A DNA stretch of 64,000 bases from Lama glama. Its lineage: Eukaryota. The stretch lies in NCBI GenBank assembly GCA_028534125.1, contig CM052818.1:9798001-9862000 (forward strand), in the 5' to 3' direction. Positions 52,605 through 64,000 of the stretch are shown one piece after another; the first letter of the stretch is position 1; every line of letters starts with the position of its first letter. The notes below the pieces were generated by a model that ran no database searches, was not told the DNA's origin, and was given only the letters and a program-made list of their open reading frames with translations. The translations under genes were made by a program, and so were the position numbers.

Positions 52605-53197
52605 TGAATGGTAGCAGAATATGCCACCACAAAATAGGCAACTTTGGCATAAGGATTATTTTGAACTGCAGGCCATTGAAAAGAAGCAGCTACAAGAAAA
52701 GCTTTCTTCTCCCTATTTTCCTAAAAGCAGGACCAAAATTCATAGATGTGTCCTCTTCCCCTCTCTACCAGAAAGGACAGAAGTTAAGTCATTGGAAGTA
52801 CCTCTAGACCCTTAACAGCTCAGAGATGACACCAGAGGAATCTGTTTAGCAAACTTTACTAACAAGACTTTATCTTTCATTAGTTACGCCATGTATTTGC
52901 CTTCCCACAATTTGCCACCCTAGAAATTCAAAGTCCTTTTCCTTTTCTTGTCACTTCTTTAAAAGTGTGTTGTTCTTTTGTTAAGGTGCTGCCTAAGCCC
53001 ATGTTCTTACCACCCCTTTGAGTTATTCATCACTGGGTACTCCCATGTGTATGTGTAATGCATGCATTAATAAACTTCTGTTTCTGTCTTGTTAATCTGT
53101 CTTTTGTCAGTCTAATTTACAGGGCCCCAGATAGAGAACCTAAGAGAGTAGAGAACCTAAGAGGGTAGAGGGAAGAAGATTTTTTTCCTCCTCTACA
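52605..53197 (+). mobile_element. MER34-like ERV1 solo LTR
   Basis: tg...cagaatatgccaccacaaaataggcaactttggcataaggattattttgaactg, AATAAA near 53069, ends ...ctctaca. 4-bp TSD cata/catg. Confidence 0.85.
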
Positions 53198-53218
53198 CAT
53201 GGTACAGTGTCCTTAAAT

Positions 53219-53229
53219 TCTTTTTGTGT

Positions 53230-53261
<32 letters not shown>

Positions 53262-53377
53262 TTAATTGAAGTACGATCAGTTTACAGTGTGTCAATTTTT
53301 GGTGTACAGCATAATGCTTCAGTCATATACGAACATACATATGTTCTTTTTCATATTCTTTTTCACCGTAAGTTACT
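53219..53377 (-). mobile_element. Short L1 3' end whose tail has become a (TG)n/(TA)n microsatellite
   Basis: ttaattgaagta...tttacagtgtgtcaatttttggtgtacagcat. TSD tgtcctta(a/c)at at 53208-53218 and 53378-53388. Confidence 0.85.
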
Positions 53378-53959
53378 TGTCCTTACATCCTTACAACAAC
53401 CCATGAAGTTAATTCTGTTATTCCCATTTTACAGAGAAGGAACTGAAGATCAGAGTTATTAAGTAATTTACCCAGAGTCACACAGCTCAGTAGGCGGAGC
53501 TAGTACTCAGGTACAGATATGATTCTCTGCCTTCCACACACAGTGATTTAGCGTGGGATGCAACCAGAGTACTCAACTGTGGCAATTAGAAACTGGTTAA
53601 TCTTAAGATCCCTTTCTTTACCTTTTTTCCTTGCCTCTAATATTACAGCCTTCACTCCTAGGGGCCAATTTGCCTACACATTGATTCAATTTAAGCATAT
53701 AGGACATGGGGGTTTATTTCTGTTGCATTTCTCACAGCTTTCCAGGGAACATTTTATTACATTTGTTCCATTCATTCCAAGTTCTTTAGGTTTATGATAT
53801 GAGAACATGTACCAAGAAGCTAATAGAGCCAGTGAACACCTTCTACTAAAACTGTTGACCAGTGTGAGTAGGCCTGTGGAAAGGACCCTGAAATCTGCAT
53901 CTTAACTGGGCACCTCTGGTAGATTTTTTTTATTTTTTAGGTGATTTCAAGGGCGTGTT

Positions 53960-54455
53960 TTAAATTTTAAGGTATAATTTACAGAGTTAAGTGAATAAAT
54001 CTTGTGTATAGGTAGAATTCTTATATAAGTATACACATTTAAACCTGAGTACAGCTGTCAGATCAAGATAGAGAAGAAAATTCCCCTCTAAGTGTTCTCA
54101 GAGATGACTACCACTCTGAATGTCACCGTGGACTGGTTTTGCCTGTTCTTGAACCTCACAGATACAGAATCATACAGTTTATGCTCTTCTGTGTCTGTTT
54201 TCTGTCACTCACATTGTTTTTGCAATTTGTCCATGTCGTTATGTGTGGCAGTAGTTTGTTCCTTTTTATTGCTGGTACATTCCATTGTATGACTGTATCC
54301 TAATTTATTTATGTATTCTCTTATTGCTGATCACTTAGATTGTTTTGTTCGGGGCTATTATGATTAAAGCTGCTTTGAGCATTCTTGTACTGATCTTTTG
54401 GTGAACATAGTTACTCATTTCTCTTGGGTAGTTACCTAGGAGTGAAATTGCTTCT
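53960..54455 (-). mobile_element. L1ME-type fragment
   Basis: ttccattgtatgactgtatcctaatttattt...ggggctattatgattaaagctgct...cctaggagtgaaattgct. Confidence 0.8.
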
Positions 54456-54603
54456 GGCTTAAGGTTTGGTTTCAGAGGTGGATGGGAGTTTATTTACCAC
54501 CAGGGGCAAGAAATGCAGTGCTGAGGCAGGGCTTCTGCAGTCACTACCCAAAGGAAGAGTGCCAGGGCTGGGGCCTCAGTTGCTGATTTCTAGCTCATGT
54601 ATT

Positions 54604-54814
54604 CTTTTTGTTTGTTTTGTCATTTGTCCTTTTTTTTTTTGGAGTATATTTTTATTGAAGTACAGTCAGCTTACAATGTTGTGTCAATTTCTGGTGTACA
54701 GCACAATACTTCAGTCATGTAGGAGCACACATATATTCGTTTTCATATTTTTTAACCATTAGTTACTACAAGGTATTGAATATAGTTCCCTGTACAGAAG
54801 AAACTTATTGTTTG
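54604..54814 (-). mobile_element. Short camelid-type L1 3' end
   Basis: Same 3' sequence as the copy at 53262. 12-bp TSD agctcatgtatt at 54592-54603 and 54815-54826. Confidence 0.85.
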
Positions 54815-55885
54815 AGCTCATGTATTTTTAACAGATGATATTGCCCCCAAGGTGTTTTCTTAGGTGGAAGTGGGTGGGGAGGGGCAGAGGTATGTGGGGG
54901 GGGGGAATCTCAGCTATTACAGTGGCTCCTGGCCCTGAGATATGCTGATCTACAGTAATGTCATGAGGAGAAAGAAGTATCTGACAAGGCACCATAGGGG
55001 TGATAATGAAAACAGTTTGGGGAACACTGGTCTAGCTAAGCCTAGACTCTCTCACATCTCCAAAATCTGTAACCTAAGACAGTCGGCATGTTTTTTGGTC
55101 CAGGAGGGTAACTTGGGAATAAGCAACACTACCCAGAGATGCCTGAGGTGGAACACAGCCATGCTCCTGGGTGTGTGTTGGCTGGGCTGGGGGTACGGGG
55201 ACAGCCACACTCTGAAAGGACAAGGAAACCACCGGAGTCCATGAAGACCTTGCTCTAATCAGCACAGTGGCCAGCTGGCCCAGGAGAGGAAAAGTTTCTT
55301 TTATTAGCAGCTTTTGTTGAGGGAGGAAGTGATGAATGTCTCCACAGGCCCACTGGGTGTCACGTAAGATCAGATCTTGCCTGGAGGAAGCTCTGGAACC
55401 ACAATGCCGCCACCACACTCAGGCTCCTCGGCCTTCGGCACCCATTGTTCTCCTTTAACTCACACGTGATGTTTCCGCCCCAGGAGGCCTTCCCTTGTGA
55501 GCAAATGGAAAGTCAGAAATCTGGAAGGAATGAATGCACCAGAGAGAAAGCAGACATCACTGACTGAGCCACGGGGAGACACATGCAGCCCTGATATGAC
55601 TCCAGGCAGGAAGAGAGGGGGCTTGGAGAGAAGTCCCTGCTTCTGGGGAGCCCTCCACCCCCTTCCTCCTGAGGGGGGTGTGGTTAGCTGTAAGAAGGGC
55701 CGCTGGGCAGTGTATCCCTTTCTTCAGCTTTCTGTGCCTCCGTCTCCTCATCTGCAGAATGTGGGTAACACCTATGGCGCCTGCCTCCTAGTGTTGTTAT
55801 GACGGTAAACTAGTGAATGCATGTCGAGAGCTCAGAACAGACTTGGGCTGCTGTCTCCTCTAAATGAGCAACAGCCTTGACTATT

Positions 55886-56024
55886 TTAAGAACTTTTAAA
55901 AATTATTTCTTGGGGGAACGTAATTAAGTTTTTCTTTCTTTAATGGAGGTACTGGGGATTGAACCCAGGACCTCAGGCATGCCAAGTACACACGCTTCTA
56001 CTGAGCTAACCCTCCCCCTCCAGT
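55886..56024 (-). mobile_element. Camelid tRNA-derived SINE
   Basis: ggaggtactggggattgaacccaggacctc...ctgagcta. TSD agcctt(g/c)actatt at 55873-55885 and 56025-56037. Confidence 0.88.
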
Positions 56025-56679
56025 AGCCTTCACTATTACTTATGATAACCGATCCCTGCCCTCAAGCTGCTCCCGCACTAGGGAGGGAGCCACTTTCTAG
56101 TTTCTTACTCAACTAAAAGGCTGACAGGCAAGTATGATTTCAATACTTTTTGCCTGTACCTCTCTAGACTTCAGGCAGGGGTATTGCTGCCCCCTTGGGG
56201 TTGTCAACTTCTTCGTTGACTCTTTTTCCCCTCCCCTGGTCTCTCCCACTCAGCAGCCAGGCTCCAGAAGGGGGAGGTGGAGAAAACCACTGTCCTTGGG
56301 GTGAGGGCGGGGTATGTAGCTCGGAGGAAATTTTGATTGAGCCCGATGACTCATGAGTCACTGAACATTTGGCTCAGCAGGGTGAGGTCGCAGCACAGAC
56401 AGGGACCCAAGCTGAGGGAAACGGAGCTGCTCTCACGTGAGGGACGCTCCAGAGCCAGGGCGGCGGTGGTGGTGCGCGCACCGCACACACTGCGTTCTCC
56501 CTTTCCGTGTTACTTTGTTAGAAGGGATGTGACGAGCCGGGCTCATGCAGACAACAGGTAGGATTGGTTCATCTGGTGGTTGGCATGGCTTTCAGAGGCC
56601 CTGCTTATTTGTTCTTTGTCCAGTTTCCGCAAGATCCTTCAACCTTTCTGGGAAGTCACTAGGTGCTTTATTCTAAGCA

Positions 56680-57105
56680 TCACGGGTTGAGGTCCCCAAG
56701 AAGCAGGCTCTGCCACAGAGATTTGCGTGCACGTGATTTTACTGGGGAGTGATCTCAAGACCAACACCTGCAGTGGGGAGGAAAGGAAGCAGGATGCACA
56801 GAGGGAATGGTGAAATTCCATGCTGTCACAGCACAGGCTTCATCTGCTGTTGCCAGCTCTGGAGCTAGGATGGACCTTTACAGTGGACCCAGGGCAGGGC
56901 AGGCTCTAACCCCCAGACTGACCGCTGGATACAGGCTGCTCTGGAAAGGGCAGGGTGGCCTTGGGTGTGGTGGCTCTCCTGGGGCCAGAGCAAGCCCTGA
57001 AGATGCAGTGGTGAGCTGCTGGCTGCCAGCACTCCCCCAGCGGAGGGGGGAATGCACATCCCGTCCTGAGGGGAGGGTGGGGCAAGGGACCTCAGCATCC
57101 AGCAC
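56680..57105 (-). mobile_element. ERVL LTR (LTR16/33-like)
   Basis: ggtccccaagaagcaggctctg...gagatttgcgtgcacgtgatttactggggagtgatctc. Confidence 0.6.
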
Positions 57106-57244
57106 ACTGAGCGCCGGCATTAGACCTTTCTATCTTTCGCCACTGTTCAGATGCTTCCCATTTTCTAAGACCTGCAGAGTAGAGTGACCACGGGTATAGA
57201 TAGGTTTTAGAGTCCGACAGACTCACATTCAAGTCCCTATTTCT

Positions 57245-58720
57245 GCCATTCATTTGGCAATATTTATAAAGTATATTTCAGGTGCTGTTCAAGGCACTAA
57301 GAGTACAAAAGTGGTAACACCCCTCCCTCTGAGCTTGTATTTCATGGGTGGCAGGGAGACTCAGGCAATTAAAGAAATGTACATTTAATGTCATATATGA
57401 CATATGATATCTATTATATAAATTATTATGTATGATATTGTTACATATTGTACAAGTTACATTGTATATAATGATTAGTGACATGGGAAAAGTCAGCAGG
57501 GTGTAGGCGGTAAGGGAATGATGGTGGGAGTGCTGTTTTGCTTGGAGGTCAGGGTCTTCCCTGGGAAGTTGTGATGTGTGGCTGTGCAGAGACCTGGGGA
57601 GCGTGGGTTTCAGGTGGAGGGAACTGTGGTGCAAGGGCCTCAGGAGGGAGTGTGCTGCATGTTCCCAGAGCACCAGGAGGCCAGGATAGAGGGGAAGAGG
57701 GTGGAGGTGTGGAGAAGGAGGTTTCAGGAGCAGGAGATAAAATCAGAGAGGGTCTTGGCATCCAAAGCAGGCAGATCTATGGAGACAGAAGGCAGGTGCC
57801 TAGGGCGGGGGGAGAGGGGAAGATTGGGGAGCGATGGCAAGCAGAGGCAGAGTTTCTTTTTGAAATGATGAAAGATGATGAAAATGTCCTAAAATTTATT
57901 GAGATGATGGTTGCACAGCTCTGGGAATATGCTGAAAGCCACACATTGTACAGTCAGCAGGCAAGCTATATAGTTTGTGAATTCTATCTGAAAAAGCTAT
58001 TTTAAAAATCAGAGCAAGGAGAGGGTATAGCTCAGTGATAGAGTGCATGCTTAGTATGCCAGAGGTCCTGGGTTCCATCCCCAGTACCTCCGTTAAAAAC
58101 ATTTTTTTTTTTTTTAAATCAGAGCAGTGACTGACAGGAGTCTGCGTCAGGCAGGGCCTGGGAGGCCCTCAGAGGATCGGAGGTGGGGCACTGCTGGAAC
58201 GTTTTAGGCAGGGGAGTGGAATGATCAGATTTATGTTTGAGAAGAACCTCTCTGCTGAGAATGGGCTGAAGGGGGCAGGTGGGGAAGCAGGGAGATGATA
58301 AGGAGCGTCTGGCAATAATCCAGGTGAGAGGTGCTGGTGGCACCGGCAGGTGCTGGAAGCAGGGGAGTAGGTGGCTGAATTTAGACTCCCTTGGGTGGTG
58401 GAGCCGACAGGACCACTGGAGGTGGGTGTGTGAAAGAGAGGAGTCAGTGTTTTTGAGCCCCAGCTGGTAAAGTGGAGCCGCCATTTACAAGGATGAAGTC
58501 AACTGTGGGAGTGAAACATTTTGGGGAGGAAATCAGGAGTTTGTGACTATGTGCTTTTGGGAGGTCTATTAGAGGTGCCACAGAGGCAGTGGGAGCTGTG
58601 TCTTCAGTCCAGCATGGGAGCACGCTGGGCTGGAGAGGAATTCTGGGAGTTACCAGCATATTGATAGATTTTATTCTTGAGGTTGGATGAGACCCTAGGG
58701 AGGAGTAAAGGCACAGGTGA
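57245..58720 (-). mobile_element. L2 remnant interrupted by an L1M fragment (~57760-58005) and a SINE
   Basis: cattcatt start, ggcaggggagtggaatgatcagatttatgttt, and an L1M 3'UTR at 57760-58005. Confidence 0.7.
58017..58115 (+). mobile_element. Camelid tRNA-derived SINE
   Basis: ggagagggtatagctcagtgatagagtgcatgcttagtatgccagaggtcctgggttccatccccagtacctcc. Perfect 11-bp TSD aaatcagagca at 58006-58016 and 58116-58126. Confidence 0.9.
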
Positions 58721-59904
58721 TGGCCAAGTGTCTGAACCTTTGAGCCTTAGTTTTCCAAACTCTGGAAGACCTCCTGTGCATGGCTGTTGTGAGTGTTGGC
58801 AAATACACAGTGAATGAGGCACTCCATGGACAGTAGCTCTCTCCCACTGCCTTTTTCATCTCTGAGTTCCTCAGGCAGACTTATTGTCTGCTTAGTATCT
58901 TCCGCCTTATTATTTAACTTCTTTGTCCAGTTCAGTACTGAGCACTGACTGAAGTCAGCCATGCTGCTGGGAACATCAGCTACCTAACATCCTGGCTCCC
59001 ACTGTCTACCCTGTCAGGATGTGCCTTCCAGTGGAGAAAATATAAAACCCCATCAAACTAATGATGATGTATGGCAGACTTCAAGGCTGTAACGGGTGCA
59101 ACACTGGGCTGGGGGTGGGGAGGCATTAATTCAGATGGGAGACATTTGTGAGGACCTCACTAGGGACGCAGAACATGAGCTGGAGCTTGAGAGTCAAAAA
59201 GGAGTATTTTGGGGAAAGATGGTGGTGGAAGGGAGGGCAACCTACCATGGCTGTGGCTGAAGCACGGTGATGGGATAGAGGGAGCTCAGGCTGGCTCGAG
59301 GTCAGATTGGAGGAGTTGGGAGAGAGCACACTGTTCAAAAAACCTGCACCCATGGGCACACCCAGAACTGCTGCCCTCTGAACATGGGGCCTTTTGGTTC
59401 CTCTCACTCTTAAACCCATCTCATCAGCCCATCAGCTTCATTGAGGCTGCCTACCGTTTTCTACCTATCCAGTCATGACCTTCCAGCTACCTCTTGTTCC
59501 CCTCCTGTGGTTCCATCACTGTAGCCCGTCTCTTGCTGGCATCCTCAACTGGTTAGCTGCTTTGGCTTTCTACTCCATCATCATATAGACTCCCAATCCT
59601 GGTCATTTCAGTAACCTCTCTCTCTTCTGTTTCAGGTTGTCCAAGTAGCTAGACAACATTTTCTTAACTGTATATTGCAGTAGCTTCAACTTTTTTTTTA
59701 ATCACCAATGTCAGTTGAGCCCTTAAAAGTAACGGTCCATTCTTTCATGCATCCTTAGCCAGCTAAATTTCCCATCTTCCACTGTGGCCACGCCAAACCT
59801 TTGCTCTTCTTTTCAATTTGCTCTCTGCACAGAAAATGGAAGGCTTTCAGAAAGCACATGCTCCCTCAGATGTTTGCCTTCCCTACATGCAAACGTATCT
59901 ACTT

Positions 59905-60543
59905 CTTAATAGTTATCTCTTGCTGCATTCAGAACCTTGTGGCTTAAAAGAACAAACATTTATAATCTTTGAGTTTGTGGACTCTGGGTGTGGTTTAGTT
60001 GGGTGCCTCTCCTTTGAGGTCTCTCATAAGAGTGCAGTCAAGCTATTGTCTGGGGGTTCAAAGACCCTCTTCTAGGGTCACTGATGTGGGCCTTTACGTG
60101 GGGCCACCTTACACATGCCAGCTGATTCCCCTAAGGGGTTGTGATCCAAGGGAGGGCAAGACAAGAGTGCTCAAGATGGAAGCCACAGTCTTTTTATAAT
60201 CTAGTATCAACAGTGGCATACCATCACTTCTACTGCATTCTGTTTGTTAGACGTGAGTCAGGGATAGGGGGTGGGGTGGGGAGGGGAATAGCTAGTAGAG
60301 GGAAGGGAAATAGCTCAGTGGTAGAGCACATGCTTAGCATTCACGAGGCCCTGGGTTCAATCCCTAGTACCTCTATTTAAAAAAAAGTATCTCAAGATAC
60401 ATAAAAGGCTTGAATATAAAAAGTAAAAAAAAGAAAAAGAAGTGAGTAAGTCCAGCCCCACTTAAGCAGAGGGGATTACACAAGGGCATGAATACTAGGA
60501 GGCAGAGGTCACTGGGGACCATCTTAGAAGCTGCCTGCCACCA
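59905..60543 (-). mobile_element. MLT1-type MaLR LTR carrying a SINE insertion
   Basis: agttatctcttgctgc...gtggcttaaaagaacaaacattta...ggcatgaatactaggaggcagaggtcactggggaccatcttaga. Confidence 0.8.
60261..60437 (+). mobile_element. Camelid tRNA-derived SINE with extended 5' end
   Basis: tagctcagtggtagagcacatgcttagcattcacgaggccctgggttcaatccc plus A-rich tail. Degenerate TSD agacgtgagtca / agaagtgagtaa. Confidence 0.85.
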
Positions 60544-62129
60544 CTTCTGCCTCCTTTCCACATTCCTACTCCCTGCCTGGGCTAGTTCCTCAACAGGTGC
60601 AAATGTTCCTGTCTTCTGGATGTAGCTCTATCGAGTATCCACTGTTGTTCTATTGGCTTCTTCTCAAACTTAACTCACCGAGTTAAAAATAAACCCACCC
60701 TCCACTTTGGTCTATGACCTCTGATTTGTCCCTCCTTCCCCGGCTGCTCTTCTTGAGAATGTGACCTTTATTCCTTGCATTCACTTCCACCTCCACAGCA
60801 CTGCTCTGCTAAGGTCATCCTAAATGCCAGATCACATGGCTACCTTTCAATCCCTGCCTTACTTGACTTCTGCAGTCTTTAATGCTATTAACGCTTCTCT
60901 TTAGTGTCCCTTGCCTTGCTGATTTCACTTTTTCAGCCTATCTTTCTTCACTTACCCCTAAATCTGAGATTGTCCAGGCTTTTGCCCACACTCCTTGGCT
61001 TCACTCCCTCTGAACCCCGCATTCAGTACTCCCAGTACCTCCATGCTCTGCTAACTGTTGTCGGAGCTGTGAATCTTAGCCTTCCAACTCTGAGGTGAAG
61101 GAAATAACACATCTTGACTTGGTTTAAATCAACTTCAGTCTGACAGTGGGCCCCCATTCTACTGTGCTGGCAGGAAATTAATCTCAGTAATTGTTGACTG
61201 TACCCCCTTCCACCCAGGGGTGTGTCAAGGTTGGCTCCTCCTGGGAGGCCCCTCTAGGCAAAGCCACTGGTCTTTGGTTCTGGCTGATAAATGCTGAGAC
61301 ATTCCCTGGTCTGGCCCCATGGTTCCTTCAGGGCCAATGACCTTGCTGCTTGGAGCAAAGGGACCCTTGGTAAAGTGAGTGTCCTGGGCCTGGGATCCAG
61401 CCTTCCCAACTACACTGATCAACTGCCCTCATTGAGGACTTGTCACCTCCCTGGTGAGTTGACACAGTAATGTCCAGACCCCCGTCCTCTGGGACCTGCT
61501 GATACTTCCCCTCTCCCCAGTCCAGGGTCGAATCTCTTCTCTCTCCTCTTGTAGCTCTCAAAGCCCCCGCCCCAGGAATAACCAAGCACAGACTGCTGGA
61601 TGATTGCTTTTTCACTCTGCAAGAACATCTCAGGAAAGGAACCACTCCAGGCCTGACCACCTGCTTGGAATGCAGAGGGGAGAAAAGTACAGCAAACAAA
61701 AAATACACTAGTAGTGCTGGGAGTTTGGCAGTGGTTTCAATAAATAACACCTTCTCCTTTGTGAGTTTGTAGGAGACAGATGGAGATCCAGACATTTGCT
61801 TTATTACTGATAATGCTGATTGGAGACCATGGCTTTGGGTCTGCTCCAAGAGGCTCACTCTGCAGACCACCCTACTGCAGTTCCAGGGAACCACTCAGCA
61901 CCTGGAGGGATAGATCCAGACGGGGTGAGCCCTCAGGGCCTGACTGCACATGCTTAGTTCCTTCCCCAAGTGACCAATCAGATAAGCTGCCCCCCTTCCT
62001 GTTTCTCTAGTAGGAGAACCCGTCTCGTGAGGTTAGGTCCCTACTCACAAATACCTGTAAATGCAACCCTGCCAACCTGTGAAGTCCGGGCCTCCAGCCA
62101 AGGCCTCTCTTCTGGGCTCTAGGCCAGTG

Positions 62130-62530
62130 CGGGCATACTTTAGAGATACTGCGAGTTCAGTTCCAGACTGCTGCAGTAAGGCGAGTCACACAAATGTTTT
62201 GGTTTCCCAGTGCATATATAAAAGTTAGGTTTACACTCTACTATAGTCTCTTAAGTGTGCAATAGCATTATGTCTCAAAAAAATACCTTGATTAAAAAAT
62301 ACTTTATTGCTGAAGATGCTAACCATCACCTGAGCCTTCAGCAAGTTGTAATCTTTTTGTTGGGGGAGGGTTTGAAACATTGTGAGAATCACCAAAATGT
62401 GACAGAGACAGGAAGTGAGCAAATGCTGTTGGAGAAATGCCAACAGACTTGCTCAGTGCAGGGTTGCCACAAACCTTCAATTTGTAAAGAGTACAATATG
62501 CGCAAGTTGCAATAAAATGAGGTGTGCCTG
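62130..62530 (+). mobile_element. Internally deleted Tigger1-type DNA transposon inserted into an L2
   Basis: TIRs cgggcatact... and ...gaggtgtgcctg followed by TA. Tigger1 5' and 3' sequence joined. L2 continues to ~63290 (ends gaatgaatg). Confidence 0.88.
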
Positions 62531-64000
62531 TATTTCCCACTGTCTACTGCACATCTCCATGAGGATGAACTTGAGGCAGCTCAAACTCAACACAGCCAAA
62601 TCTGAGTTCATGACCCTTTCACCCCAACACTCCCTCTGTACTCTCAGAATTGATGGACGATACAATGTCTTCCAACCCAAGGGAAGTGGGAACTATCCGC
62701 TCCTCTTTCCCTCATCCAGTTTGTTGGCAGATCCTACGCATCCTACCTCAGAAACCTCTCAAAACATATCCCCTCTGTGCTCCCTTGGCTTCCTCCCTCT
62801 GCGTTTCTTAGCCAGACCATAGCAGGAGCCTCATCATCTCCCTGCCTTTCTCTCCCCCTCTCCCATCCACAGGTAGTGGGACTCTGCCTTTCTAGCCTCT
62901 TCTTAAACCTCTTCCTCGAATGCATCTAGTACTCCTTTCACATGGTCCTACTATAACATCTAATTTCCAGAACCTTCATCTTTTGCATGAGGTTTCCTCT
63001 GCATTGCTTCTCCCCCTCCCACCTCTCCCAACTGTTTGTCTGCCTGGAAGACTCCTAACTGTCCTGCAACATTCTACCCCAAGGTTGTTTTTCCCTAACA
63101 CCATCCCTGACCAAGGTGGAAGTAGGGTCCCTCTGCTGTGCTCCCACAGTGTGATGGAACCCAGATGTCCGCCAACTGTCTACCAGTCTGACGGGCCCTT
63201 CAGTGCAGGGACAGTTTCATTCTTGTTTGTGTCTTGGGTGGCAAACTCAGTGCCTGGTGAATGTTCCATGAACATTTATGGAATGAATGGCTTCAAGACT
63301 TTTGTCTTCCACTGCCCCCATCAACTCAGCCTGTCAGACTGATCTCATCCTTTCTTCCCTCCTTCCCCATCCCCTTCACCTGGTGACCTTGGTGCAGCTG
63401 ATGGGCTCCGAGCTCACAGGGAGTTTAATGGTGCTTTCCCTCTGGTGTGCTCAGCTGGAGGCAGGAAAAGCAGGCGTCCCTGCAGGCGGTGAGTGGGCCT
63501 TGCTGGAGGAGTGGCTGCTTTTGTACATCCTCAGGGCCTCCTGCAGATCAGACTCAATCGCCTTCACTTCCTGTGCTCAGGGAGATTAGATACTGCCTAA
63601 TCAACGCTGATTTTTTTTTTCTCTTCTTAATATTTGAAACTGCCGAGTACCAGTTGCCATCCTAGTGGGTGGCTTTCAGAAATCCCCTCTTTTCTGGTGT
63701 TTGACTTCTTGTGAGTTTCAAGAAACCAATCTGTTTGGAAAGAACCTGCACTTAGAAGTTCTTTGAATTGCTGTGAAGCCCTGGCAGGAAGTGACTTGGG
63801 ATCTGGGCCAGGCAGTCTTGTCTCACTCCCAGGAGAGGCGGGAGTAATTAGGTGTAGGTATGACTGGGTAGGGTGTGGCTTTGGATCACTCCTGTGGCCA
63901 TTGCTCCATGTCTGGCTAGTTTTACAGGTGTAGTCTCACCTGAAATCAAGAGGATGCTCATTGAAACCAGAGAGGTTCACGCTCTTTGAGTCCTGACTGG

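Noticed and set aside
58017..58092. tRNA-like sequence with A and B boxes (also in the other four copies)
   Set aside because: SINE heads with tails and TSDs, not functional tRNA genes.
54000..64000. Possible 3' exons of the upstream neighbour (PAPOLG in human synteny)
   Set aside because: No recognisable poly(A) polymerase coding sequence; the gene probably lies beyond the window.

Overview
Mammalian genomic DNA, most likely a camelid (alpaca, llama or camel), judged from five tRNA-headed SINEs of the camelid Vic-1 type and no recognisable Alu or Bov elements. The window holds the 5' end of REL (c-Rel, NF-kB family) on the minus strand. Coding exon 1 (9155-9164, ATG GCC TCC G) splices across an 8,942-bp intron to exon 2 (70-212), giving [51 protein letters not shown], and the gene continues off the left edge. 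A CpG-island promoter (~9050-10120) carries kB, GC-box, octamer and PU.1/ETS motifs. The remaining ~54 kb is upstream intergenic DNA dominated by old transposable elements (L2, MIR, L1M, MaLR/ERV LTRs, hAT and Tigger elements), younger lineage-specific SINE and L1 insertions with target-site duplications (TSDs), and a 500-N gap. No supplied ORF is a real gene, and I found no convincing novel biological system. The best leads are candidate immune enhancers, possible exons of a divergent lncRNA, a probable retroposed 3'UTR fragment and a short locally templated insertion. Repeat family names come from my recall of consensus sequences, and boundaries without a TSD are approximate.
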